Positions 8,173 through 15,819 of a stretch of DNA of 19,954 nucleotides are shown piece after piece. The DNA lies in IMG/VR virus record IMGVR_UViG_2671180903_000004, positions 1 to 19,954 of that record, one strand, 5' to 3'. Under the pieces are notes generated by a model that worked only from the letters and a program-made list of their open reading frames with translations, was not told the origin of the DNA and did not search any database. Every line of letters begins with the position of its first letter. Within the stretch, counting starts at the first letter, position 1. The stretch comes from a virus. Lineage: Duplodnaviria > Heunggongvirae > Uroviricota > Caudoviricetes. The position numbers were made by a program, and so were the translations under genes.

Positions 8173-8568
8173 ATGGCAAAAGTATTTACACCAGAAGAGC
8201 GGGAAGAAGTGAAGGCGCGCATTGTGGAATTCGTGCGCCTGAGCGGACGAGAAACTTTTCGACAACTGGCAGATAAAACGGGTGTCAGTAAGACCGCTAT
8301 TCGTCGTTTATCTGGTGCGCTTGCGGCCAGTGGTGATGTCTGGCTCTGTGATTGCGGGGTATTTCCATCAGAGCAGGCGTATCGCGTATGGCGTAAGACA
8401 CCGGAGAAGGCTGCTGACCCGACACTGATTCGAAAGTTACCAGACGGAGAAATACGCCGCTACGACAGGCGCCTGAATATAATCTGTCGCGAGTGCCGGA
8501 AGAGCGAAGCTATGCAGCGTGTACTGGCATTTTATCAAGGAAATGTTAGGTATTTTAGACGTTACTAG
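8173..8568 (+). CDS. Hypothetical HTH protein with C-terminal Cys cluster (131 aa)
   Basis: ATG 8173 with GGAGG SD 7 nt upstream (track start 8158 is TTG); HTH-like FRQLADKTGVSKTAIRRL; CDCG...CRECRK. Confidence 0.55.
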   Translation: MAKVFTPEEREEVKARIVEFVRLSGRETFRQLADKTGVSKTAIRRLSGALAASGDVWLCDCGVFPSEQAYRVWRKTPEKAADPTLIRKLPDGEIRRYDRRLNIICRECRKSEAMQRVLAFYQGNVRYFRRY

Positions 8569-8721
8569 ATTAAAGAGCATTAGTTCAGATGTGAATTGAC
8601 ATTTTCATGGCGCAGGGTAGAGCCAGCGTGGTTGTCCGCTTTGCGTCAAAACCAGATATTACCAGATTTAGACATATATTCCCGATAGCCCTGCTCTGAT
8701 GCTACACTCTGTGCTATTTTC

Positions 8722-9408
8722 ATGACCCCAATAAAAATATTTATGACTATTGCTGATTTCAAACGGCCTAAATTGGAACTCCCAAACGGGGCAAACAAAC
8801 TACTACTGCACTCTTGCTGTGCTCCATGTTCCGGTGAAGTGATGGAGGCGCTTCAGGCCTCGGGAATCGACTACACCATCTTTTTCTACAACCCGAACAT
8901 TCATCCTCAGAAAGAGTATTTAATTCGTAAGGATGAAAATATTCGCTTTGCTGAACAACACGGCGTGCCGTTTATCGATGCTGATTACGACACCGACAAC
9001 TGGTTTGAACGTGCCAAAGGAATGGAATGGGAGCCTGAGAGGGGGATCCGTTGTACCATGTGTTTTGACATGCGTTTTGAGCGGACAGCGTTGTACGCTG
9101 CTGAAAATGGTTTCAGTGTGATCAGTAGTTCACTGGGCATTTCACGCTGGAAAAATATGCAGCAGGTTAACGAGTGTGGGCGGCGAGCTGTTGCGCATTA
9201 TCCGGGTATGGTGTACTGGGATTATAACTGGCGCAAGCAGGGCGGCTCGTCCCGTATGATTGAAATCAGCAAGCGCGAAAAATTCTATCAGCAGGAATAT
9301 TGTGGCTGTGTGTATTCTCTGCGCGATACCAATCTACACCGCAAATCTCAGGGACGCCCTCTTATCAAAATTGGCCAACTCCACTACGGAAAAGAAGAGA
9401 AGGAGTGA
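8722..9408 (+). CDS. queH: QueH-like protein (DUF208, epoxyqueuosine reductase family), tentative
   Basis: Motif [11 protein letters not shown] near the N-terminus plus further Cys pairs (CTMC, CGC), length 228 aa, consistent with recalled DUF208/QueH features. Alternative start at 8743; neither has a strong SD. Own ~150-bp upstream intergenic region. Confidence 0.6.
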   Translation: MTPIKIFMTIADFKRPKLELPNGANKLLLHSCCAPCSGEVMEALQASGIDYTIFFYNPNIHPQKEYLIRKDENIRFAEQHGVPFIDADYDTDNWFERAKGMEWEPERGIRCTMCFDMRFERTALYAAENGFSVISSSLGISRWKNMQQVNECGRRAVAHYPGMVYWDYNWRKQGGSSRMIEISKREKFYQQEYCGCVYSLRDTNLHRKSQGRPLIKIGQLHYGKEEKE

Positions 9409-9439
9409 TTTTATGGATCACCTTTCTGATTGATTTCAT

Positions 9440-9645
9440 ATTGGCGAGGTGACGTGAGTTAAGTAGAATGGCTGCGGGTGCTTGAGGCTATCTGTCTCAG
9501 GCATGAACACTGAAAGGCAGACAGAGAAAAGCCCCAGTTAACATTACGCGTCCTGCAAGACGCTTAACATTAATCTGAGGCCCAATCTATGTCTCACAAA
9601 TGTAGGTTAGCCTCTTACGTGCCGAAAGGCAAGGAGAAGCAGGCT
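9440..9645 (+). promoter_or_regulatory. hok-type mRNA leader with expected antisense (sok-like) region
   Basis: Long untranslated leader upstream of hok; GGCGAGGTG at ~9446 is partly complementary to the 3' CACCTC element, as in hok mRNA 5'/3' pairing. Antisense RNA not directly identified. Confidence 0.4.
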
Positions 9646-9801
9646 ATGAAGCAGCAAAAGGCGATGTTAATCGCCCTGATCGTCATCTGTATTACCGTCG
9701 TAGTGACGGCACTGGTAACGAGGAAAGACCTCTGCGAGGTACGAATCCGAACCGGCCAGACGGAGGTCGCTGTCTTCGTAGCCTACGAATCTGAGAAGTA
9801 A
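9646..9801 (+). CDS. hok: Hok/Gef-family type I toxin (51 aa)
   Basis: MKQQKAMLIALIVICITVVVTALVTRKDLCEVRIRTGQTEVAVFVAYESEK matches the Hok/Gef family closely; AAGGAG SD 9 nt upstream. Confidence 0.85.
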   Translation: MKQQKAMLIALIVICITVVVTALVTRKDLCEVRIRTGQTEVAVFVAYESEK

Positions 9802-9808
9802 GAAACCA

Positions 9809-9830
9809 GGCGAGGGAGAAATCCCTCGCC
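9809..9830 (+). other. Stable hairpin at the 3' end of the hok transcript (fold-back element)
   Basis: GGCGAGGG (9809-9816) pairs with CCCTCGCC (9823-9830), 6-nt loop; 8 nt after the hok stop. Confidence 0.5.
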
Positions 9831-9905
9831 ACCTCTGATGTGTCAGGCATCCTCAACGCACCTGAGATAAAATCTATTTGGCTGTTTCTGGGTTCGAACT
9901 GATGA

Positions 9906-10259
9906 TTATTTAGTGCTAATACATGATTTAATTCCCTGAATCCTCTTGCTTTTCCCATTGGTGGGGTCTAAGACCCCTCGAAGGGAATAAAAATCAATGA
10001 TAGTAGAACCATCTGCCAACTTATAAATGTCGGCATTATCTGCAACCGCTAATACGCTGTAATACTTGCCAATTTTTTGAGACGTGATAGTGGCTAAGAG
10101 AGGTGTACGCTGCCACTCACTGAGAATGCATTCTTGTATTTCTTGTGGTGGAGAATTTGTTTTGAACGAGATAATAACATTTTGTTCTTCTCTGTAGTTA
10201 TAAGGGTTGACGCATCCTGAAATTGCAAAAACCAATAGAAAACAAATTGTTCTATTCAT
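9906..10259 (-). CDS. Putative lipoprotein (117 aa), AT-rich cargo gene
   Basis: Signal peptide with lipobox FAISGC, Val at +2; markedly AT-rich gene and flanks; convergent with hok and on the opposite strand to the surrounding nin-like genes. Confidence 0.65.
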   Translation of the reverse strand: MNRTICFLLVFAISGCVNPYNYREEQNVIISFKTNSPPQEIQECILSEWQRTPLLATITSQKIGKYYSVLAVADNADIYKLADGSTIIDFYSLRGVLDPTNGKSKRIQGIKSCISTK

Positions 10260-10320
10260 TTAGAAGCCCTTTTATAAGTATTTCTTGGTTATTTAAGTTT
10301 TTTGTTAGTGAAAATATAAA

Positions 10321-10620
10321 CTATAAAAAGTCAGATTCATAACTTTGCCCTCCATGGTAAATGCCAGCGATAAAGACTTTATTGCCATCAACGGCAAAAG
10401 CAATAATCGTTCTGTGGCGGAAGTGAGTTACTCGCATTCCCTGGCGAATATCATCGCGTTTATTGCCCCGATGTGGGAATGTAGAAAACCCATCAAGATA
10501 ATCAAGAAGCGCATTGGCATAATTGTCAGCAATGACGCTTCCTGCTTTCTCCGTTATATATCCGTGCAGGTTTATTATCTGCTGTTCGGCCTCGGGGGTA
10601 ATGATGACTTCAAATGTCAT
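10321..10620 (-). CDS. parE: ParE/RelE-superfamily toxin (99 aa)
   Basis: Starts 5 nt after the antitoxin stop; C-terminal RVTHFRHRTIIAFAVDGNKVFIAGIYHGG resembles ParE; typical size. Confidence 0.75.
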   Translation of the reverse strand: MTFEVIITPEAEQQIINLHGYITEKAGSVIADNYANALLDYLDGFSTFPHRGNKRDDIRQGMRVTHFRHRTIIAFAVDGNKVFIAGIYHGGQSYESDFL

Positions 10621-10625
10621 GCAGA

Positions 10626-10883
10626 TTACTTCCCGGATCGAATCGCGGCGCGAACCTGTGAAATGGAGCGTCCGTTGTTTGGATTTTCGCGGATAGAATC
10701 AAGAGAGGGGGCGGCTGAATGCGTTAACCACGCTTCGATTGCTTTATCGCGCTCATTCAGTGCGCGAAGCCCTTCACGAATGACCTCGCTTTCTGAAGCA
10801 TAGGCACCGGAAGCCACACGGGCGCGCACCATGTCAGCCATCTCGTTAGTTAATGTAATGCTGAATTGTTGGGTTGTACGCAT
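10626..10883 (-). CDS. parD: ParD-family (RHH) antitoxin (85 aa)
   Basis: Internal ATG at 10883..10881 with GAGGT SD 6 nt upstream; motif ITLTNEMADMVRARVASGAYASESEVIREGLRAL resembles ParD/CopG antitoxins. Confidence 0.75.
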   Translation of the reverse strand: MRTTQQFSITLTNEMADMVRARVASGAYASESEVIREGLRALNERDKAIEAWLTHSAAPSLDSIRENPNNGRSISQVRAAIRSGK

Positions 10884-11018
10884 GGTAAACCTCACGGAGT
10901 AGGATAGAACACTATTCGATGATAGCACGCTGCCTGTTGACGACAACAGAAATCAGAGACAATATTGCCGCACGCCAGCTTGAACAACTGGCACCTGCTG
11001 CGCCAGCAGAGAAAACAG

Positions 11019-11297
11019 ATGGCGCACGATACCAAACCATACAATTCTGATAATTCAGCCGTCTTTGCCAGCAGGCACGGGCGGCGTTCTCATGCATTCA
11101 AATCTGACTGGTATCAGCACGACCCCTGCACCGAAGAACAGGCTGAATGGCTGATTCAGTGTTACCGCAGGCGCGGATACGAGGTTAAGAAAGCCCTCAC
11201 CCTCGATTATCGTCACTGGATAATCTACGTCAGACTCCCTTATTCCGAACGCCCACCGCGTCCGTCCCGCACATATCAGCAACGCATCTGGAGGTAA
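11019..11297 (+). CDS. Hypothetical protein (92 aa)
   Basis: ATG 11019 chosen inside the track ORF; weak RBS; stop immediately precedes the next gene's start. Confidence 0.45.
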   Translation: MAHDTKPYNSDNSAVFASRHGRRSHAFKSDWYQHDPCTEEQAEWLIQCYRRRGYEVKKALTLDYRHWIIYVRLPYSERPPRPSRTYQQRIWR

Positions 11298-11298
11298 C

Positions 11299-12345
11299 GT
11301 GCGGGTATTACTTCGACCTGTTCTGGTACCGGAGTTCGGGCTGGTGGTCCTTAAGCCGGGCCGTGAATCCATGCAGGTATTTCATAACCCTCGAGTGCTG
11401 GTGGAGCCTGAACCGAAAAGCATGCGCGGGCTGCCGTCTGGAGTCGTTCCTGCCGTTCGCCAGCCGCTGGCGGAAGATAAATCATTACTGTCATTTTTCA
11501 GCAACGAACGGGTGATTCGCGCTGCAGGCGGTGCTGGTGCACTGTCTGACTGGCTCCTGCGTCATGTCAAATCCTGCCAGTGGCCTCATGGTGACTACCA
11601 TCACAGTGAAACCGTCATACATCGTTACGGTACCGGCGCGATGGTGTTGTGCTGGCACTGCGACAACCAGCTGCGTGACCAGACTTCCGAATCACTCGGG
11701 CAACTTGCTCACCAAAACCTGTCAGCATGGATGATTGACGTCATACGCCATGCAATGAATGGCACGCAGGAGCGGGAATTATCGCTGGCTGAATTATCCT
11801 GGTGGGCTGCCTGCAATCAGGTGGCGGACGCGCTACCGGAGGCAGTATTGCGTCGTTCGCTGGGATTACGTGCGGAAAAAATCCGCCCGGTGTACCGCGA
11901 AAGCGACATCATACCGGGAGAACCGACCGCCACCAGCATACTGAAGCAGCGCACAAAAAATCTTGCGCCGCTGCCTCACGCCCACCAGCAAAACCCGCCA
12001 CAGGAAAAGACGGTGGTCAGCATTGCTGTTGATCCGGAGTCTCCGGAATCTTTAATGAAGCGACCTAAACGTCGCCGTTGGGTAAATGAGAAATATACGC
12101 GCTGGGTAAAGACACAGCCGTGTGCGTGTTGTGGTAAGCCTGCTGACGATCCGCATCACCTGATTGGTCATGGTCAGGGGGGAATGGGGACAAAGGCCCA
12201 CGATATTTTCACGCTACCGTTGTGCCGGGAGCACCACAACGAACTTCATGCAGACCCGCTGGAGTTTGAGAAAAAGTACGGCTCTCAGATTGAGTTAATT
12301 TTTCGTTTTCTTGATCACGCCTTTGCGACTGGCGTGCTCGGGTAA
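11299..12345 (+). CDS. DUF968-type prophage protein with C-terminal HNH-like zinc-finger motif (YdfU-like)
   Basis: GTG 11299 with GGAGGT SD 4 nt upstream, right after the upstream stop; C-terminus CACCGKPADDPHHLIGHGQGGMGTKAHDIFTLPLCREHHNELH is HNH-like; size (348 aa) and position before rusA fit recalled YdfU-type proteins. Confidence 0.7.
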   Translation: MRVLLRPVLVPEFGLVVLKPGRESMQVFHNPRVLVEPEPKSMRGLPSGVVPAVRQPLAEDKSLLSFFSNERVIRAAGGAGALSDWLLRHVKSCQWPHGDYHHSETVIHRYGTGAMVLCWHCDNQLRDQTSESLGQLAHQNLSAWMIDVIRHAMNGTQERELSLAELSWWAACNQVADALPEAVLRRSLGLRAEKIRPVYRESDIIPGEPTATSILKQRTKNLAPLPHAHQQNPPQEKTVVSIAVDPESPESLMKRPKRRRWVNEKYTRWVKTQPCACCGKPADDPHHLIGHGQGGMGTKAHDIFTLPLCREHHNELHADPLEFEKKYGSQIELIFRFLDHAFATGVLG

Positions 12346-12357
12346 AAGAGGTGACTG

Positions 12358-12717
12358 ATGCTCATAGATTTGGTTTTACCTTACCCGCCGACGGTGAACA
12401 CTTACTGGCGACGCCGTGGCAGCACATATTTTGTATCAAAAGCCGGGGAGCGTTATCGCCGGGCAGTGGTGCTTATTGTTCGCCAGCAGCGACTGAAATT
12501 AAGCCTGTCCGGACGGCTGGCAATAAAAATTATTGCAGAGCCACCGGATAAGCGTCGTCGTGACCTGGACAATATTCTGAAAGCACCGCTGGATGCGCTG
12601 ACGCATGCGGGAGTGTTAATGGACGATGAGCAGTTTGATGAAATCAATATTGTACGTGGTCAGCCAGTATCTGGTGGACGGCTGGGTGTGAAGATTTACA
12701 AAATTGAGAGTGAGTGA
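12358..12717 (+). CDS. rusA: Holliday-junction resolvase RusA
   Basis: 119 aa; motifs LPYPPTVNTYW and DKRRRDLDNILKAPLDALTHAGVLMDD match recalled RusA; AGAGGTGA SD upstream. Confidence 0.85.
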   Translation: MLIDLVLPYPPTVNTYWRRRGSTYFVSKAGERYRRAVVLIVRQQRLKLSLSGRLAIKIIAEPPDKRRRDLDNILKAPLDALTHAGVLMDDEQFDEINIVRGQPVSGGRLGVKIYKIESE

Positions 12718-12725
12718 GCGTAAAT

Positions 12726-13256
12726 ATGATATATCCGGAAATTACAGGCAAAAGCGGCGAACATTTACGCCTGAACACGCTGGAAGCAGTCTGGATCCAG
12801 GGGAAATTACGGATGTGGGGGCGGTGGTCGTATATCGGTGGGGGTAAATCCGGAAATATGTTTAACCGGTTACTGGTTTCGAAAAAGCTGACGAAAACAG
12901 CAGTTAATGAGGTTTTACGCAGCATGAAGAAATCCGGGCTGGAAAAACCGGAACTTGAGGCATTTTTTCGGGATATGACCAGAGGGAAGCAGAAGAGCTG
13001 GTTGTCACATTGTACAGACACAGAGGCGTTGATTATTGATCGCGTTATCAGTGAGGTGCTTGGGGAATATCCCGGGCTAATCAATATTCTCCGGCAAAGG
13101 TACGAAGGACGGGGAATGAGTAAGAGAAAAATGGCAGAATGTTTAAATCGTACTCACCCGGAATGGTGTTTCAGCACATGTGAGAAACGTATTGCAGGTT
13201 GGTTAGCCGTGGCTGAACACATGCTTTATGTACCTATGCACGATTCATTTCGATAA
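12726..13256 (+). CDS. Q: Late-gene antiterminator, Q-like (176 aa)
   Basis: Sits directly upstream of a promoter-like region and tR'-type terminator and after rusA, the canonical Q position; ATG 12726 preferred over the GTG at 12714 that overlaps the rusA stop. Sequence family not independently confirmed. Confidence 0.65.
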   Translation: MIYPEITGKSGEHLRLNTLEAVWIQGKLRMWGRWSYIGGGKSGNMFNRLLVSKKLTKTAVNEVLRSMKKSGLEKPELEAFFRDMTRGKQKSWLSHCTDTEALIIDRVISEVLGEYPGLINILRQRYEGRGMSKRKMAECLNRTHPEWCFSTCEKRIAGWLAVAEHMLYVPMHDSFR

Positions 13257-13351
13257 AAAAAGCTTGCTTTTTTACGCAGAAACAGCTTGAATTCCTGTAA
13301 GCTTCGCAAAGCTGTATCGCGAGGCGAAATGCAAGTTTTTTCGCACAAGGA
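13257..13351 (+). promoter_or_regulatory. Putative late promoter (PR'-like) and Q-utilisation region
   Basis: Intergenic region between Q and a strong intrinsic terminator; -35-like TTGAAT present. Exact -10 and start site not resolved by eye. Confidence 0.4.
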
Positions 13352-13375
13352 AGCCACCGGAAGGTGGTTTTTTTG
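13352..13375 (+). terminator. Rho-independent terminator (tR'-like)
   Basis: CCACC-GGAA-GGTGG stem-loop (13354-13367) followed by TTTTTTT (13368-13374). Confidence 0.7.
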
Positions 13376-13495
13376 TGTCCGTAATATACAGCAGCGCAAT
13401 AAATTCGCTGGTGGTTATTAATACCGTTCTTTCAGCTTGCTGGCTTTTTCGACAAGAGTTATTGGTGTGTCACGTTAACCGGAAAAGGAAAAGAC

Positions 13496-13693
13496 ATGCT
13501 AAAACAGCAGGATATGACAGAAACCGCCAGAGTGGTGTTTAATGAATTAAGCGTTACCGACCCGGCGACAGTCGGGGAGATTGCGCAGAATACTTACCTT
13601 TCACGCGAACGCTGCCAGTTAATACTGACCCAGCTGGTTATGGCGGGTCTGGCAGACTATCAGTTCGGTTGTTACAGACGCCTTCCGCAGTGA
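13496..13693 (+). CDS. Small winged-helix-like protein (65 aa), unknown function
   Basis: ATG 13496 with AAGGAAAAG SD; ATVGEIAQNTYLSRERCQLILTQLVMAGLADY looks like a wHTH recognition region; enclosed between two intrinsic terminators. Confidence 0.5.
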   Translation: MLKQQDMTETARVVFNELSVTDPATVGEIAQNTYLSRERCQLILTQLVMAGLADYQFGCYRRLPQ

Positions 13694-13704
13694 AGGCTTT
13701 TTTA
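13680..13704 (+). terminator. Rho-independent terminator overlapping the stop of the 65-aa ORF
   Basis: GCCTTC-cgcagt-GAAGGC (13680-13697) followed by TTTTTTT; the TGA stop lies in the loop/stem. Confidence 0.55.
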
Positions 13705-13843
13705 TTTGTGGTAAATGGGCGGCTGGTGGGTGTTAGGGGCACCCACCAGCCATCTGCTCATGCGTTGGGTTCACAAGCAAACCTCAGGCCCACTGCTTTG
13801 CGCAAAAGCAGAATGAGCCTATCAGAGACAGGCTTAATGATCC

Positions 13844-14893
13844 ATGCTTAATACTGTAAAAATATCCAGTTGTGAGTTAATCAACGCCGACTGCCTGGAA
13901 TTTATCCGGTCGTTACCCGAAAATTCTGTTGACCTGATAGTCACGGACCCGCCGTACTTTAAAGTGAAGCCTGAGGGCTGGGATAACCAGTGGAAGGGCG
14001 ACGATGATTACCTGAAGTGGCTGGACCAGTGTCTGGCGCAGTTCTGGCGGGTGCTGAAACCTGCCGGAAGTCTTTACCTGTTCTGTGGTCATCGCCTGGC
14101 ATCTGATATCGAAATCATGATGCGTGAACGCTTCAGTGTGCTGAACCATATTATCTGGGCGAAGCCTTCCGGACGCTGGAACGGGTGCAACAAGGAAAGC
14201 CTGCGGGCGTATTTCCCCGCCACAGAGCGCATTCTGTTCGCGGAACATTATCAGGGGCCGTATCGTCCGAAAGATGCCGGGTATGAGGCGAAGGGCAGGG
14301 CACTGAAACAGCATGTGATGGCCCCGCTGATTTCTTACTTTCGTGATGCATGCGCGGCCCTGGGGATAACGGCAAAACAGATTGCAGATGCCACAGGAAA
14401 GAAAAACATGGTGTCGCACTGGTTCAGTGCCAGTCAGTGGCAGTTGCCGAACGAAAGCGATTATCTGAAATTACAGGCACTGTTTGCTAGGGTGGCAGAA
14501 GAGAAGCATCAGCGGGGGGAACTGGAAAAGCCCCACCACCAGCTGGTGGATACGTATACTTCACTGAACCGACAGTATGCGGAGCTGCAGAGTGAATATA
14601 AACATCTGCGGCGGTATTTTGGTGTGACGGCGCAGGTGCCGTACACGGATGTGTGGACACATAAACCGGTGCAGTTCTATCCCGGGAAACATCCGTGCGA
14701 AAAACCGGCAGAAATGCTGCAGCAGATAATCAGCGCAAGTAGTCGTCCTGGTGATCTGGTTGCGGATTTTTTCATGGGGTCGGGTTCAACGGTAAAAGCG
14801 GCACTGGCGCTCGGGCGTCGTGCGATTGGCGTTGAACTGGAGACAGGACGTTTTGAGCAGACAGTCAGGGAAGTTCAGGATTTAATCGTTTGA
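13844..14893 (+). CDS. Orphan DNA methyltransferase, beta-class (motif IV before motif I), probably N6-adenine
   Basis: DPPY (VTDPPYF) near the N-terminus and FxGxG (FFMGSGST) near the C-terminus, with a long variable region between; no adjacent restriction endonuclease gene. Confidence 0.85.
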   Translation: MLNTVKISSCELINADCLEFIRSLPENSVDLIVTDPPYFKVKPEGWDNQWKGDDDYLKWLDQCLAQFWRVLKPAGSLYLFCGHRLASDIEIMMRERFSVLNHIIWAKPSGRWNGCNKESLRAYFPATERILFAEHYQGPYRPKDAGYEAKGRALKQHVMAPLISYFRDACAALGITAKQIADATGKKNMVSHWFSASQWQLPNESDYLKLQALFARVAEEKHQRGELEKPHHQLVDTYTSLNRQYAELQSEYKHLRRYFGVTAQVPYTDVWTHKPVQFYPGKHPCEKPAEMLQQIISASSRPGDLVADFFMGSGSTVKAALALGRRAIGVELETGRFEQTVREVQDLIV

Positions 14894-14942
14894 AACGGAT
14901 GAGATTGCAGAATTAATTACGCACCATTATTATTCTGCTCCC

Positions 14943-15018
14943 GGCCCTTTAGCTCAGTGGTGAGAGCGAGCGACTCATAATCGCCAGGTCGCTGGTTCAA
15001 ATCCAGCAAGGGCCACCA
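14943..15018 (+). tRNA. tRNA with CAT anticodon (Met or Ile2/lysidine type, ileZ-like)
   Basis: Hand-folded cloverleaf: acceptor GGCCCTT/AAGGGCC, D-arm GCTC...GAGC, anticodon loop CTCATAA, T-arm GCTGG-TTCAAAT-CCAGC, encoded CCA. Confidence 0.85.
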
Positions 15019-15025
15019 TCACATA

Positions 15026-15099
15026 CCGCCATTAGCTCATCAGGAAAGAGCGCCAGCCTTCGAAGCTGGTTGCGCGGAGTTCGGGTCCCCGAAGGCGGT
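15026..15099 (+). tRNA. tRNA-Arg(TCG)-like, possibly degenerate
   Basis: Anticodon arm CCAGC-CTTCGAA-GCTGG is clean, but hand-folding shows an A-A mismatch in the acceptor stem, an A-C mismatch in the T-stem, T-loop TTCGGGT, C at position 1 and no encoded CCA. Confidence 0.5.
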
Positions 15100-15115
15100 T
15101 CATTATCTGTATCCT

Positions 15116-15192
15116 GCGTTGTTAGCTCAGCCGGACAGAGCAATTGCCTTCTAAGCAATCGGTCACTGGTTCGAATCCAGTACAACGCGCCA
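15116..15192 (+). tRNA. tRNA-Arg (anticodon TCT)
   Basis: Acceptor GCGTTGT/ACAACGC, anticodon loop CTTCTAA, T-arm ACTGG-TTCGAAT-CCAGT, discriminator G, encoded CCA. Confidence 0.85.
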
Positions 15193-15206
15193 CACTTATT
15201 TTCCCT

Positions 15207-15232
15207 GGCTCGCTTTTGCGGGCCTTTTTTTT
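15207..15232 (+). terminator. Strong rho-independent terminator after the tRNA cluster
   Basis: GGCTCGC-tttt-GCGGGCC stem-loop (one G-U pair) followed by eight T residues (15225-15232). Confidence 0.7.
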
Positions 15233-15428
15233 AAATGTCTCACAATTCAGGCGGTTGACTGTTGTCTGGTTTGCGGGGAGTTTGTTAAAAGAAACTGGCA
15301 TGGTGAATCCCCCTGTGCGGAGGGGCAATCAGCGAGTAGGTATATGGGATAATCGCGGATTCAGGTGCTGGTACTGAATTCACCGGGAGGCACCCGGCAC
15401 CATGCAATGGCACATAGCGCCACTCTCC

Positions 15429-15456
15429 AGCCCCTCTCCGGAGGGGCTGTTTATAT
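15429..15456 (+). terminator. Terminator-like hairpin (perfect 8-bp stem AGCCCCTC/GAGGGGCT, 4-nt loop) followed by a T-rich tract
   Basis: Stem 15429-15436 / 15441-15448, then GTTTATATTGATTTT; lies between the structured region after the tRNAs and the stop of the reverse ORF. Confidence 0.45.
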
Positions 15457-15483
15457 TGATTTTGTCAGATGTGAGTAAACTCC

Positions 15484-15819
15484 TTATGGACTTTGTTGTT
15501 TTAGCCCATAAGGACATATTTGCAGAGTGCAACGGTTATTAAAGCATTCATTCAATACGTTATCTGTATTTGTAGGGCATTCCTGGCTGTTTTTGATTAA
15601 ATTCCAGAATGTTTTATTGAATGGTACTACGTTGTAAATGGTTACAGGTAGCACTTTGTTATTGAGCATGATGCCTGTGTGAGTCAGTGTAAATATACTT
15701 TCAGGAGGTAAGAAAGCATCCGATTGATACCAGATTATTAATTTTATTTTACTCCATATGACTGAAAAAGATATTCCGCATGATGGCTGGATAACTGTAT
15801 CAATCACAATCCACTTCAT
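15484..15819 (-). CDS. Hypothetical protein (111 aa), AT-rich reverse-oriented cargo at the stx-equivalent position
   Basis: ATG at 15819..15817 with AAGGAAA SD; gene and flanks are clearly AT-rich versus neighbours; minus-strand -35-like TTTACA with imperfect -10 candidates upstream (plus 15858-15886); no recognisable family. Confidence 0.35.
   Translation of the reverse strand: MKWIVIDTVIQPSCGISFSVIWSKIKLIIWYQSDAFLPPESIFTLTHTGIMLNNKVLPVTIYNVVPFNKTFWNLIKNSQECPTNTDNVLNECFNNRCTLQICPYGLKQQSP

Noticed and set aside
13913-14419. Minus-strand ORFs (13913-14419, 14151-14375) inside the methyltransferase gene
   Set aside because: Antisense to a gene with clear DPPY and FxGxG motifs; no independent start signals.
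15144-15377. 77-aa plus-strand ORF overlapping tRNA-Arg(TCT) and the structured region
   Set aside because: It begins inside a tRNA gene, crosses a strong intrinsic terminator and has no RBS; spurious.
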